Assembly: GCF_000143415.4 (NCBI RefSeq) | Contig: NW_003314313.1 | Span: 1,143,430 to 1,207,429 of the forward strand | Length of the DNA stretch: 64,000 nt | Origin: Selaginella moellendorffii | Lineage: Eukaryota > Plantae > Lycopodiophyta | Direction of reading: 5' to 3' | Part shown: positions 1 through 12,644 of the stretch, piece after piece | Layout: each line of letters begins with the position of its first letter | Position numbering within the stretch: the first letter of the stretch is position 1 | Translations under genes and position numbers: made by a program | Notes under the pieces: model-generated | Database searches by the model: none | Seen by the model: only the letters and a program-made list of their open reading frames with translations | Told to the model about the DNA's origin: nothing

Positions 1-3000
1 AACCCGGCCTGACCATTGGGAAGTACTTCCGCTTCAGCTTCTTCAGGTGCGTGAGCAGCAATGTCAATCTTCGGCTTGCAACGTACGAGCTTCTTCCGCA
101 TGCGATACGGGCCCTCGGTAGAGCAGAGTTGCCACTCGTTGTCACTCTCAGCTACAGACTTGACAACGGGCCACAGCCCGCGCTCGTGCATGAGCTGTTG
201 GATATGATCCTGCCACTCATTCTCGGCGTGTATCACCCAACCATATTTCACCTGTCTCATCAGCCGGAGCTCCGCCGATAGAGAGTCTCTCACCATGTCG
301 AGAGCAACTCTGCGCTCCAGCATCTGTTCCCAGTGGCGGCCGTCCGCCTTGCTAGCATCTTTCATCCTCCTCCCCATCTCTCTCTTCCGCCTCACCTCGA
401 AGTTTTTGAGACGTGAAGAGTTGAATCGAGCCGCGCCACCTATAAACTGCATCCATGCAAGCGAGGCACGTTGCTCCAGCACCCGTCCAATGGCATCGTG
501 AGCGTCGTCAAACCACGTATAGAAGCCGATCGAGTTGGATGCCAGGAGCTTGTCGAAACCTCCGTGGAAAACGTCCAGCGCCTCGCCAGAAGCGTGCCTG
601 AGCACGAGAATGTCCTCCAGTGCCTCTTTGCGGTAGTGTAGCAAGACTTTGCATGCATCCACGGCGAGAGTCCGAACAGCCTGCCGTGGATCTTGAAGCA
701 GAGGCACGATGTTGACGAGGAGGCATTGCAGGAACTCCGAGTCGACGTTGCCGGGACACAAGACCAGCTTCTTGTGGGATATAAGGAGCTGCAGGACCAA
801 AGTGATGTCCAGTCCTCCTTTCGCTAGCAGGCCAGTGTTACTCGACGTTAGTTCCTCGTTTGTGGTGGGCGACGGGAGAAAGCAGAACAGAAGCATCCGG
901 TTGGTGTTACGTAGCAGGGACTGGACGAAAGGCTCGAGCTGCTTGAAGCCACCACGAGCAAGAGATAACAAGCTCCTGCCGGTTGTCATTGCTTCCTCCA
1001 CCCGGCCGTGCTTGTTGGCCAGCTGCAGCATCGATAGCAAGAACTCGAGCACCTTCAACACCCCTGCCGAATCCGAAAATGCTCCCATGTAGACACGATC
1101 CACCACGAGCGAGCTGAATGCATCCAGATTTGATGACCAGCGAGCTCTGTCCAGCTTCTTGTGTGCTTCCTCGTCATCACGTTGGAGACGACGTTCGAGG
1201 AAGTTCATGACCCGGTAGAGGCAGAGTCCTTGAAACACCACAGCGATATCGCCACCAATATGGAGAGGCACAGCTTCCAGAGTTGCTTCCACCAGTGGCG
1301 TGGCTTTCAGCTGATCAGCTAGAGCGTCGGCTAGCACCTCAGCCACAAGGTCCAAGACGGCTGTAGCACCGGAGGAGCAAGGTCCACCCCCGGAACCGGC
1401 AGATTCCAGCTGCAACAGGAGCTTCTTGGTGATCGGAAAAGCTTGCTTGTCGTCCTGAATCGATGATCGATCCGAGTCACTGGCAGGACCATGTGTTGAA
1501 GCGCTTACAATGGACGTCGTTCTCGATGGTATGCTGCTGGCAGAGCGGGAAGGAGCAGGAGTGTCGCTAGGAAACGTGCTTTTCACCCACGACGCCAAAT
1601 TGTTGCCAGGCGTTCGCGATGGCAAAGGAGTTCCAGCCTCGTTTCTCGAGTTGTCTGACGTTGTCGGAGACAGTGGAAGCGTCACGAATGCGGAAGTTGA
1701 CGACTCGGTGAAAGCGTTGGAGAATGACGAAGAACGCTGAGAGTGAGTGTCGTCGCCGTTGGTGGTGTTTTCCGCGTACGTGGATGGAAAGACGAAGAAA
1801 TTGTCTATGGACTCGTCAGCTTGGAACGGCTTCATTATGTCGATTGGAGAAGACTTGGTTGAAACAGCCAAGAGCTCTACTTCCTGAGCTGCTGGTTCCT
1901 CTGCGTCGGCCTTGGCTCCAACTTTCTGGTTAATAACTTGGAAGTCGTCCGAGAACTTATAGCTCGACTGGTTGTTTGCCTCGGCAGAGATTCCTTGGGC
2001 AGCCTCGATAGCTGCCGCAGACCTGCAGAAACAACAATAAACGTTTGCAAGTCCTCAAAGCAATCGTACCTCGCACAGGAAAAATAAAGTTCCACGCTTC
2101 CTTCGAGAAAATCGAGACGCCTGCAAGCTGTCGAGAAAGGACGATGCATTTTGGCCAGATCCACCATAAACCTCAGCAGCGAAGTCACGAGAGATGGCGC
2201 TGCAGCCTCGCCACCCATGAGGCGTGCAGCATATGTCTTGTGCAGGAGAGCTTCGCTCTGAAGATCACCTCCAATATCCTTGAATCCATTCGCAAAGCCA
2301 GCTGCCAGAGACTCCGGAAACTGCGAAAAATCTCCTGTCTGCTGCACTATTTGTGACTGAAGGCTCATCTTGTCAAACGCTGCCTTGAACATGAGTAGAA
2401 TGGAGTCGAGGAATTCCGTGAAGAGAATTTCTCCCTCGATAGCTTCCCCGGGCATCAAGGCGTGAAAGTCCAGCAGCCGGACCTCCGGTTGACGAGGATA
2501 AACTGGTTTCCCGAACATGAGGCAGAAGAGGATGTAGTATATCTCCGGAGCATCGTAGAAGCTGGAAAGTACGTGGGAAATGGCTTGATATCCGCCACTG
2601 GCACGGAACTTTATCGAGAAAGTTGGCGACGAAGATATGCAAACTCCAAGCAGGGTCATTATCCACCGCATTGTGGTCGGGTGTGCCGCCTCGTCCAGCA
2701 CAAAAGTTATGATTCTCGAAGAGACTGTCTTGTGCCAGGTCTCCAAGACGTCTTCGGCATTGATAGTCATCTGCAGGTCGATCAGCATTTCCAGAAGAAC
2801 GTTTCTCACGATGACCTGCAGCCCCATGGCCTCCCGAGATATCGGAGAGTCGCGAACAACCTCTGGCGGATTGAAGCTCATGACGACGAAGTCGGCCACG
2901 TACTTGAGCTCCGAAGGCAGAAAACCATCTTCGAGGAGAATACCGAGTAGCACAACCAGCTTCTCTATCACAGGCACCTCTATATCTCCTCGTTGCAACG

Positions 3001-6000
3001 TAACCAGGAGATGTTGGACGATATTCAGCCGACGTAAAGTTGCCAGGTTGTGATTCCTGTACCGATGCACTGCCACCAGCCTTTCTATGAACCCGAGCAG
3101 CGAAAGCTGAATCGGAACGGAAGCCCTGCTCCAGAGGGTCCAGTCCATGAGGACATGCTCCATCATATCCGGATTTGATAGCACCACGCAGTTGAGAGAT
3201 TCTTCGGGTGTTGCAGCACTTCCAAACTCTGACATGCCGTTTGCAATATCTTCAGGACCAATATCTGTTGCATCGAACACCGAGCCGCCTGAAGACACTT
3301 GGTCGTCAGCAGGAGGACCGTTGACGTTGTTGTTGTTGTTCGCACCATGCATGTCAATCAGAGGGTGCTGTCCAGACGAGGCAGTGTTGGTCGCAAAATG
3401 AGAACTTTGCGGTGGCGCATAAAAGGAGGCTTCACACGCAGCAATCTGGAATAGAAGCTCCAGATCCTGTACCTCAAACAGACGGATCCTCCTGTGCAGA
3501 AACAGCACCAGTAAGTGGTATCCTCGGCACGCGAGCATGTCGTAAGTGTTTCGAGGATTGTAATATAGAACGCGGACCAAAAGTGATAAAGCCAAGTGCA
3601 GCATCTCGCCAGTTTCTGCAGCCTCGACTAAAGCAAGCACGACAGCCATGCCCCCAACCTTTCTCATACTGTCCCCAAAGCTGCAGGGATTTAGTATCTC
3701 AACATCCCCGACCAACCGGCCGATTCGAGGAAGGCCTGTAAAGAGATGTCTGCATTAACGATAGCTTTCGCAGAATATAAAAATACTCACCTCCAAGCGG
3801 AGAAGCTGCGGCTGACAGCGGCTCCACCAAGTTCACAATAGATTGTTGGCCGGCAGTTTGCGTTTGTCCGGGAGTTCCATCAAAAGAGAATATAAGTTTC
3901 TTGTTGGAAAGTTGGATCCAGAACGAGACAAGTCTTTCGAGCTCCCAGACAGCCCCGCTTCCGTCAATTCTATACTTGGCAGCATCACCACCTTTTTGCA
4001 CGTTTACACCAGCTGAAGCAGTTTCCAGCCCCTCTAACACCGCTAGATTTCCTCCCCCGCAAGCTTCATACGGCACAAATCTCAAGAGGTCGGTATCCTG
4101 AAAGAGGCCTCGGTATCCTCTCCCCAGTGCATAAACCAGACAGACGGCTTGCGAAGGTAAAACTTCTTCGAACAGATAGCAGCCAGTCATCTGCCATGTT
4201 GACGAAGAAACGTCTGAAAGCTGTGGAGGAATCCCGATAACTGCTTGAATAGTCTTTCCAAACGAGGAAGGCGAGTAGCCAAGCTTTCCTGTATGCCTCA
4301 GGTTTCCGTTTACGTAGAGGCTCGCCACACTCGACTGAAAGAGACCGGCGAGTGCATTCGGTTTGTTATGCACAATGACTATATGGTACCACAGGCCTTC
4401 TTCCAGTCGGACACCTTTGAAAGCTAAGAGAGAACTAGGACCAGTTGCCAGAGTTAAGAGCCCCGAATCATTCAAGTAAAGCTCCGCTAATACTGTCCCC
4501 TTCTCCTCCACAGACTCCACCATGAAGATACGAAGAGCAGGTCGACTTCTTCCACCCTTGGTTTTTCCCTCTATCCCAGTGAATCGAAGCCAGCACATAA
4601 ATGAGTAGCCTGCTGCTGGTGGCCATGACCTGTCTCCTAGAGAAATTCGGACGGAGGCATGTCCATTTCGTCGTGAGGAGAAGTCCATGAAGCGTGCAGC
4701 AGGAGAGATTTCTGCCGAGCTCTCCTCACTGCGAACCACCCCTTCTAACGCTTCAATGTATCTTTGTGCAACTTGACCGTAAGTATAATCTCTGCACTGC
4801 CACATATATCGCAGCAAAGCCCGTAGCTCAAACGAAGAGATTCTGTAAAAAGAATAGAAAGACAAGAAAGAAACACGTTAAAAAAAAGTAGAAAATCCCA
4901 AGGCTCTGGCTTTCTTACCTATAGGAACCGAGAAGCTTCACTATCTGCATGCCGTGCATCCATATCGCAGGCGAATAGCTTGCACTCGGCGTGAGAATCT
5001 CCAGCACCATTTTCAGACAACCTGGGAGCTTTAATGAGAAAGAAGTCCAGCACCAGTGATATTTCGCATACCTGCTAAAGTGAGACGATCTTTATTCACT
5101 AGACTTCCTTCGGATAATGCCTCGACCGACGTGACCACCTTGAGCTGCGCCTTGGGAGAGAAGTCGTCGAAAAGTTGAAGCGCTACTTGAACGAGCCCGG
5201 CATTGAAGAGCTCACGTCGCTCGTCAACCGAGATAAACTCGTTGTCCCACGTCCCAGCACGAAAGCTGTCAACATTTCTTGCGGGGGATTGAACTTTCTC
5301 GAGGCAGATGTCGAAAAATAAGTCCAGAATAAGGTCCTCGTAATCGCCACAAATGAGTCCCGTCTTAAGTAAAGCAGCGCTGAAGGCATGACTGAGCACG
5401 CAGTCGTTCAGTCTTATCCGATTTACCGAGTGGCCTGCTACTCCCACAGTCACCACATGCAGCAAAGCATTGACAATCTCCATCCTCTGCCTTGGTTCCG
5501 CACCGGAAAAGTCTTCCAAACTTTCAAGGACAGTGTGCATGAGAGTGAATCCCTTCCCCTCACCGAAAACGTCCTTTGCCGCCGGATTCGAGCAGAGTAT
5601 TCGAAAGACAGCCCAAAGGATATCCGTCTTGGCCTTAAAAGTGATACCTTGTCCCTCGCCGGCTCTAGTGGTGCCGAGTAGAGCCTTCAATTCTTCAGGA
5701 TGCGACTGCATTAAAAGTGTAAGTTCCTTAACGATTGTATAAAAGAACAAACCTGAACTGTGTCCTCAGAAATCAGACAGCTTAATATTCGCAGCACGTA
5801 AGTTCTGTGGATATCTGATAGAAGTAACGGTTGAAGCGCGTCGAAACCATGCGCTTTTCGGAAGGCAGTTTGGTTGGCTTCGTTCCTCTTCAGCAGTGAC
5901 AGTAGACAATCCCAGCCTTGAGCCAAGCTCACTTTATCTTCAAATATATGCACTGCTTGACCATCTTTCTTTTGCGATATCTTAGCAGCCGTCTTCAAGT

Positions 6001-8267
6001 CCTCAACAAGGAGATCGAGCACGCCGACTTCGCGAAGCACTTTCTTGTACTGAGGATCAAACGAGAGAATCTTCACGAGGAAAGAAAGTATGCTGCTTCT
6101 CAGTGACTGGGACAAGGATTGTTGCAGCAGGCAACACAGGGAAAGGAGCTCCTGCTCCGGGACCTGATTCACAACCGTCACGACATGCTCCAGCACTTTC
6201 AAAAGCTGTCCCTGAAGAACACGCGGTAGAGCTGGCATGTTGAGAATAAAAAGTGACAGGGTCCTGAGCTCTTGAACAACCAGATAGTTATCCATGTGAC
6301 TTGCAAGTAGCCTCAGCAGCCTGTCAAGAACTTCCACCTGCGAATTCAGATTCCCAGACTTGAGAAAGATATCCTGTAGCACTTGAACCGCAAACAGATC
6401 CCGCACTTTCCCATCTGTCAGAGATTCGTTTGACTTGAATCTGGTTCCATCAAAAATCGGGAAGCACCTGCTTTGGATAGCCACCGCTTTTGCCTTGTTG
6501 TAGTTTAAATCCCCGGGCTCACTTTCTTCGACTGGTCCAACTTGAGCGAGGTCTATAAGAGTGTCGAGCAAAGCCAAGAAGGACGTCGACAAGTCTGCTT
6601 GCCCGCTGCTCGTTTCTTCCCCAGAGTCTTGCAGACTTAACAGCCTGCCAAGGCTTGAAGATGCACTGGCATCCGCTGTTGCAGGACTAGCAAGAGACAG
6701 CCCGAACTGCACCAGCAACTGATAACCATGAGCATTTTGCAAGTCCTCCCTGAGGTTGATCCCACCAGCACCTGTTGGATAAGATTAATTGACGTACATT
6801 CACCAAGGACGCAAAAGCTAGCCATACCTGGTCGACAAGAAACCTCGACGCAGGTAAGCAGAAGCGACACAACTCCCACAGTGAGTGTTCCGTCACCGCT
6901 CTCACACGTAAACTCTTTCACTGGCCGTAACAGCATTTTGACCTGGTCGGCAATGACAAGTCGTTAGAATGCATTCAAGACATGTACAAACTTACAAGTT
7001 GATGCCGGTGAATATAGTGAGCGCAGCTTCCGTCATCACTCGAAAGAACATTTCCAAGGATCTGCGTCAATTCTAGCAAGTTTACATGGAAGAGGTCGCG
7101 ATTGTTATGCAGAAAGTGTCAAACCTGAAGCACGTGGCGGTGAAGTTGTGCTAGATGTACAGACGAAGGCCGTTGAATGACCATCGCAAAGAGCATTTGC
7201 AAAGAATCATCGTCTGCTAGACTCTGCGCGGCTCCAAGGTGACTCCCCAGCGCCTTCAAGATATGCACAACTTCTCCTTCGACCTGCAACACAGATTCAG
7301 TGAGGAAAGTTGAGATACCCAAAGCATTACCTGGAGCTTTTGTCTTTTCCCATCGTCACTCAGAGCGTCTACAAAATCGTCAGTCAAATCGAGGAAACTG
7401 TACAAGACGTGCACGAGGCACGAAAGAAGGCCCGCATCGAGGAGCGGCTGTACGTCAAGTGGCTGCCACGAGAACAAATTTCATGCATTCACGACAGCGT
7501 AAAAGATGAGAAACTTACGGGGGAGACAAGGCTTTCGAGGACGTAGAGCATGTTTGCTGTTTCTTCCTTCACACGGGAGAAGATTTCCGTTAGAAAAAAA
7601 AATGCTACACTTCAACCTTTCGAACTTTCGATTGGTGAAACAGTAGGAGGTACCTGCTTTCCTTGAATGAGAGATTTGGCGAGTGTATCTTGGCTAGTGG
7701 ATGACTTTATCTTATCAACGTCAGCGATGAAAGCTCTAGCAACCACAAAGGCGAATTGCCTTGTGTCGACTAGCCTGGAATCCCAAGAAAAAGAAGAGAG
7801 CATTTTTTTCTTAAACGATCAGACCAAATCCAAGCAGTAAATACGTACGAGGTGGCAAGCTGCGCAGGATTTTGGTGACGCCGGGAGAGCTTACAGAAAA
7901 CACTTAGCGCCATCTCCAAGGCTTCTTGCTTCTCCTGCACTCTCACGACAGTTTTTAAAAGCTTGCTCCTCACGAGTGAGACGAGACACACTCACCTTGT
8001 CCGAGTGTCCACATCGAAACTCCTCCCAGAATCTCTTGAAGTCCTGCTCCGATTCATAGCTACGAAGAACAAACAAAAAGAAGAAGAGGAAATGATAGTG
8101 AGAGCCGACTGTTCACGCGAATTCAAAGAAGAAAAGAGGACAACTCACTGTTGCTTGGAATTGGCATCGCCATCGAGATTGGCGGCGGCGCTCCTCCGGC
8201 CGGATTGCGAGCCAGGCGAATCCCGCGACGAGAAGTTAACTTTGTTGAGGAGCGAAGTCCATTTCAT
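1..8267 (-). CDS. SPI: BEACH-domain protein (SPIRRIG/BChA-like), 5' part; multi-exon, runs off the left edge of the window
   Basis: ATG at 8267 gives MKWTSLLNKV..., followed by exons DFKRFWEEFR / EKQEALEMALSVFCKL / FAFVVARAFIADVDK, which resemble the SPIRRIG N-terminus. Has a ConA-like region (WPPAAGYSFMCW, WYHIVIVHNKPNALAGLFQSS). Short GT-AG introns, e.g. 2023-2069. Confidence 0.9.
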
Positions 8268-9109
8268 TGTTGGGGCCTTGTTCTTGGACGAGAATGTGAC
8301 ACCATCGCCAACAATATCATGTAAAGCGCATCCCTGGATCGAGAAATTCCCGCTGCCGGGCCTTAGATCCTACATTCCAGGCCGAGCCGCCGAGGCGAGA
8401 TCATCGCCCCACGCCCTACAGCGCTCCTAATCTCCCGAGAGCTCACCCGGCGCGCTCCAGAATGGCGCCGCTGCTAAACCCCAGATTTCTCCTGCTCGCT
8501 AAGAAACCGGCGAGATCTTGGAATCCGGGAGCTGCTCCAAACCTGTGGCGCGGCGCGCGTCCCTCGGATCTTCGCTGCGATGGCCCCGCCCGCGGCCAAA
8601 TACCATCGCCTTCTTCTTTCTGGCTCTTGAGAAAGAAGAGAAAACAAATACAAATGAGAACAAGCATAGAATACACAAAATAACGCGGATCCAATTAACG
8701 TTGACAACCGGGGTTAAGTATTTTAACGGAGCTAGGGCTCCTGGGAGATGCGCGGGATATTCCACGTAGTTCGACAAAAGTGCTGTTGGAAGGAAGCGTC
8801 AGGAATTTCTTTTCGGAGGAAAGAATTCTGGGGAAGTGGCCACCATGACTGACTGGACGCTCAAACAAATCCATCCGTTCGCCCATTCGTTCGCATGGAT
8901 GAATGAGTGAGGGCACGATCAATCACTAAAAATGTTTGTCACGCTCACCCGCCGACGTCGATCGTGGATCGAATCACACAAGATCAGCCATTTGTGGGTG
9001 GAATAATCCATACTTGTTGTTGTTTCATGCGATCACTCACTACCATAAACAAGAGCTTTTCCTTGATGCTTGCTATAGCTGAAGTTATTCTAATCGAGAC
9101 TGCTACTAT

Positions 9110-10692
9110 TCATCCGCTGCTCTCCATGAGGTGTTCTTGTTGGACTCCTCCATGGTTTCCAGGATCCGGGACTTCTTCGTCAGCAACACTGGACGTAGCG
9201 GCGGTGGTGGCGGTGCTGCTCTCCTCCGCCTCCACAGTTTGCGAGGTGGTCTCCAACTCCTCCACCACCTCGTCCTCTTCAGTCACTTGTTGCTCGCTCA
9301 CAGTCTCATCAACCTGGGCAGCAGGACGAGGAGGCGGCGCTGCTTGGACTGGGAGGAGCTGCGGATACTGGCGCGGCGGTGGCGGCGGTGGCGGTGGTGG
9401 GAACTGAAAGTGTGGAGGTTGCTGCTGAAACTGGACATGGTGAGGAGGAGGAGGAGGAGGATGATGTCCAAATCCGGGAGGTGGCGGTGGTGGCGGTGGC
9501 GGCGAGAAGAATGGAGGAGGATAGAATGCTCCGGGAGCCTGTTGTAACTGGTAGTGCTGTATTGGACGAGTATAGTCGAAGCTCCCATCCGGCCGAGCAG
9601 CCATGATCATCTTTGCATCGCCAGCCAAAGGTGGCCGAGATCCAAAGCTCAAGGCATGAGAAGGCGGCGGCGGCGGCGGTGGTGGGAGAGCCCAAGGCGA
9701 TGGCGGAGGCGGTCCTCTTTTCTTCATGGCTTCCCGCATCTCCAAGTAGACGGCGTCCATTTGCTGGCAGTCTCCAAGCTGGCTGAGGCTCTCAATCACG
9801 AGCTTGTAAGTCGGGATGGCGATGGCGAGCTCCGACGCTTTCATCGCCCTGTGGATGTGCGAGACATCCTCGGCCAGCCCCCGCTTGTGGCACGCATCCA
9901 CCAAGCTCGCAAAGTGGTACGAAGCCTCTTGCTTTTGCTGTGGAGAAGGCGACGAGTGGTGCCTCTCGTGGCCCCCCGAGGACCTCGCCACCATAGCTCG
10001 CCTCATCTCCGCGTACACGGCATCCATTCGCTCGATGTCGTTGTGCTGGCTGTAGATGCCGAAGAGAGCCATGTAGGCCGGGAGTCCAACGACGACCTCC
10101 GCTGCTTTCATGGCTTTGATGAGCGTGTCCATCTCGTGGAGCAAACCTCGCTTGTGGAACGAGGCGATGAGAGCGTCACAGATGGTGGACGCCTCCGCGG
10201 GATGCTGCGGTGAAGGCGGTGGTGGTGGTGGTGCTCGATTCATGGAAACGCTCTCCTACAAGTAGAGAAGCTTTTGTGAGATCTTGGAAAGAATCTATCT
10301 TGGAATAGCTGGAGTACCTGGTGCTGCGGAGGAGCGATCGATGCGTAGTGAGGAGGCGGCGCCAATGCACTTCCGCGATCACCGAGCTCGATGCTTCCGG
10401 GCCAGGGAATGCTCGGCCTAGGAGGAGGCGGCGGCGGCGGTGCTCCAAATCCAAGCGGAGGAGGTCGATGAGTTGGTGGCGGCGGTGGCGGTGGTGGCGG
10501 AGGAGGAGGCGCAGCATAGCCGGTGCTAGGCGAGGGCCGCGTCGCGCTACTCGTGGTGTTTGGATCCACATTGTCCCAGGGAGAGGGAGCGTACCTTAGC
10601 CATGGCTGCGAGGAGCAAAACCTACACCATCCCAGGGGCAGCGATGGCGCGAGCTTCCTCCCAAGGGCTTGCGCGCCCAAGAGCTGCCTCAT
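9110..10692 (-). CDS. Proline-rich protein with about 4 PPR-like motifs and a putative organellar transit peptide (2 exons, ~506 aa)
   Basis: ORFs 10240-10692 and 9110-10243 join in frame through GT-AG intron 10256-10317 (..QHQ|ESVSMNRA..). Contains two duplicated helical units (ALIASFHKRG..MDAVYAEMR / SLVDACHKRG..MDAVYLEMR) between poly-P tracts, and an acidic tail. Confidence 0.7.
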
Positions 10693-10790
10693 CCCTCCTG
10701 GCCGCCAAATTTTCTCGCGACCTAAAACCCATCTTCTCTAGGACTTCATTCTCTTTGTATCGATCGTGATTCGTGAATGAGCGGAATCCA

Positions 10791-12644
10791 ATGCGCTGTG
10801 CCTCTCTCAGGCACAAGGCAGCCAAGAACACGAGAACGCTCTGCCATGACGCCGCCGCTATCGCCATCGCCACCGATGCGAGCTACTGGGCTCCGCTCAT
10901 CCAGTCGTGCTGCACTGCGCGGGATTTGCCCCGGGCCAGGCACATCCACGCGCAGATCATGCTCTCGGATCTCAAGAACAACCGGATGCTGGCCAATCTC
11001 CTGGTGGAGATGTACGGCAAGTGCGGCTGGATGGCGGCGGCCAGGGCCGTGTTCCGCTGCATCAAGAACCCCAACGTTTACTCGTGGAACATCCTCATCT
11101 CCGCGCTCGCGCTTAACCGGGAGGTCGCCGAGGCAGCCTTGATGTTCCACCAGATGCCCTCGAGAAACAATGTCTCGTGGAACGCCTTGCTTGCAGCATA
11201 TGCCGCGAGCGGGCATTTGCAAGATGCCCGAGTGGCCTTTCTCAAGCAGCCATGGCGTGACGTCTTGACATGGACGACGCTTCTTACAGTCTTGTGCCAG
11301 TGCGGCCACCTTTCCGAGGCTCATTTCCTGTTCGAGAAGATGCCGGAGAGGAACGTCGTAACTTGGAACGCGATCGTCGCAGCATATGCCCAGAACGGGC
11401 ATGTTGATGAGGCAGAGCTCTTGTTCCATCGGATGCCGCAGCACGACACCAGGTCGTGGAACTCTCTTCTGATCGCTCATGGTGAATCTGGCCGCATCCA
11501 CCAAGCTCGGCACATCTTCTCCCGAGTCCAGCAGCCGGATCACGTTTCCTGGACGTCGATGATCGAGGCTTACGTCGCAAACGCGTACCTCGAGGAGGCC
11601 AAGGCGCTGTTCGACAGAATGCCGGAGCAGGACGTGGTTTCATGCACAGCGCTCATCACTTCCTTCGCGCAGAGAGGCTATCCTCACCAGTGCAAGCTTC
11701 TGTTTGATGGAATGCCCTTCCGGGATGCCGTGTCCTGGACAGCGCTCATGTCCGGCTATGCACAGAACGGCCTCATGGAAGACGCGCAGGAGGTAAACTC
11801 GCGAAATCCACAACACAGCATGATCGGTTGCAACGCAATGGTGGCGGGTTTCAGCCAGCGAGGAGACTTGGCGCAAGCAAAAGCAGTTTTTGATGCAATG
11901 CCCGAGAGAGGAACCGTGTCCTGGAACGCTCTCATGGTTTCGTATACAATGACAAGCGCAAACAACCAGCACTACCGCGATCGAATGGAACAAGCGCTTG
12001 CAATCTTTGGCTTGATGCCGGAGCAGGATATGGTGGCGTGGACCGCGATCCTTGCAGCGTATGCTCAATCCGGGCATGTCGATCAAGCGAAGTTTTTCTT
12101 CCAGAGAATGCCCGCGCAGGATCTCACGGCGTGGAATGTGATAATCGCGGCTTATGCTCACAACAGCAGTGGCTATGGAGCCCAAGTTTTCCGAGAGATG
12201 AGCCTGGCAGGAGTGAGACCTAACGAGACCACTTTCGTCGTCACGCTCACGGGTCTCAGCCACGCTGGTCTGCTCAAACACGGCCGGGAGTGCTTCCTCT
12301 CCATGACTGAAAACTTCCAAGTTGCTCCCACCGAGTTCCACTACGCCTGCATCATCGATCTCCTGGGCCGAGCTAAGCTGCTCCAGGAAGCCGAGGAGCT
12401 CATCGACAACATGCCTTACAAGCCGGACTGTGTCGTGTGGACGATCTTGCTGGCAGCCTGTCGGATCCACGGGGACTCCAAGCTCGGGGCCCGAGCCGCA
12501 CGGAACGTTCTCAAGTCGGACACGGTGAGCTCCTCGACTTATGTGCTGCTGTCCAATACTTACAAAGGTATCACCGGACACGGACATGGCTCCGAGTGGC
12601 AGCCGCTTGGATCATCACAGGCTGCTGCCGCTTGCCTTGCCTAG
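10791..12644 (+). CDS. PLS-class pentatricopeptide repeat protein with E domain (organellar RNA-editing factor type), intronless
   Basis: Repeated [23 protein letters not shown] motifs. Has the [12 protein letters not shown] and [18 protein letters not shown]-domain motifs, with no DYW domain. First ATG at 10791; the ORF track starts at GTG 10773. Confidence 0.92.
   Translation: MRCASLRHKAAKNTRTLCHDAAAIAIATDASYWAPLIQSCCTARDLPRARHIHAQIMLSDLKNNRMLANLLVEMYGKCGWMAAARAVFRCIKNPNVYSWNILISALALNREVAEAALMFHQMPSRNNVSWNALLAAYAASGHLQDARVAFLKQPWRDVLTWTTLLTVLCQCGHLSEAHFLFEKMPERNVVTWNAIVAAYAQNGHVDEAELLFHRMPQHDTRSWNSLLIAHGESGRIHQARHIFSRVQQPDHVSWTSMIEAYVANAYLEEAKALFDRMPEQDVVSCTALITSFAQRGYPHQCKLLFDGMPFRDAVSWTALMSGYAQNGLMEDAQEVNSRNPQHSMIGCNAMVAGFSQRGDLAQAKAVFDAMPERGTVSWNALMVSYTMTSANNQHYRDRMEQALAIFGLMPEQDMVAWTAILAAYAQSGHVDQAKFFFQRMPAQDLTAWNVIIAAYAHNSSGYGAQVFREMSLAGVRPNETTFVVTLTGLSHAGLLKHGRECFLSMTENFQVAPTEFHYACIIDLLGRAKLLQEAEELIDNMPYKPDCVVWTILLAACRIHGDSKLGARAARNVLKSDTVSSSTYVLLSNTYKGITGHGHGSEWQPLGSSQAAAACLA

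Noticed and set aside
8443-8777. Small ORFs upstream of the BEACH gene, one with a hydrophobic stretch
   Set aside because: No recognisable motif; likely promoter/5' UTR with a pyrimidine-rich tract.
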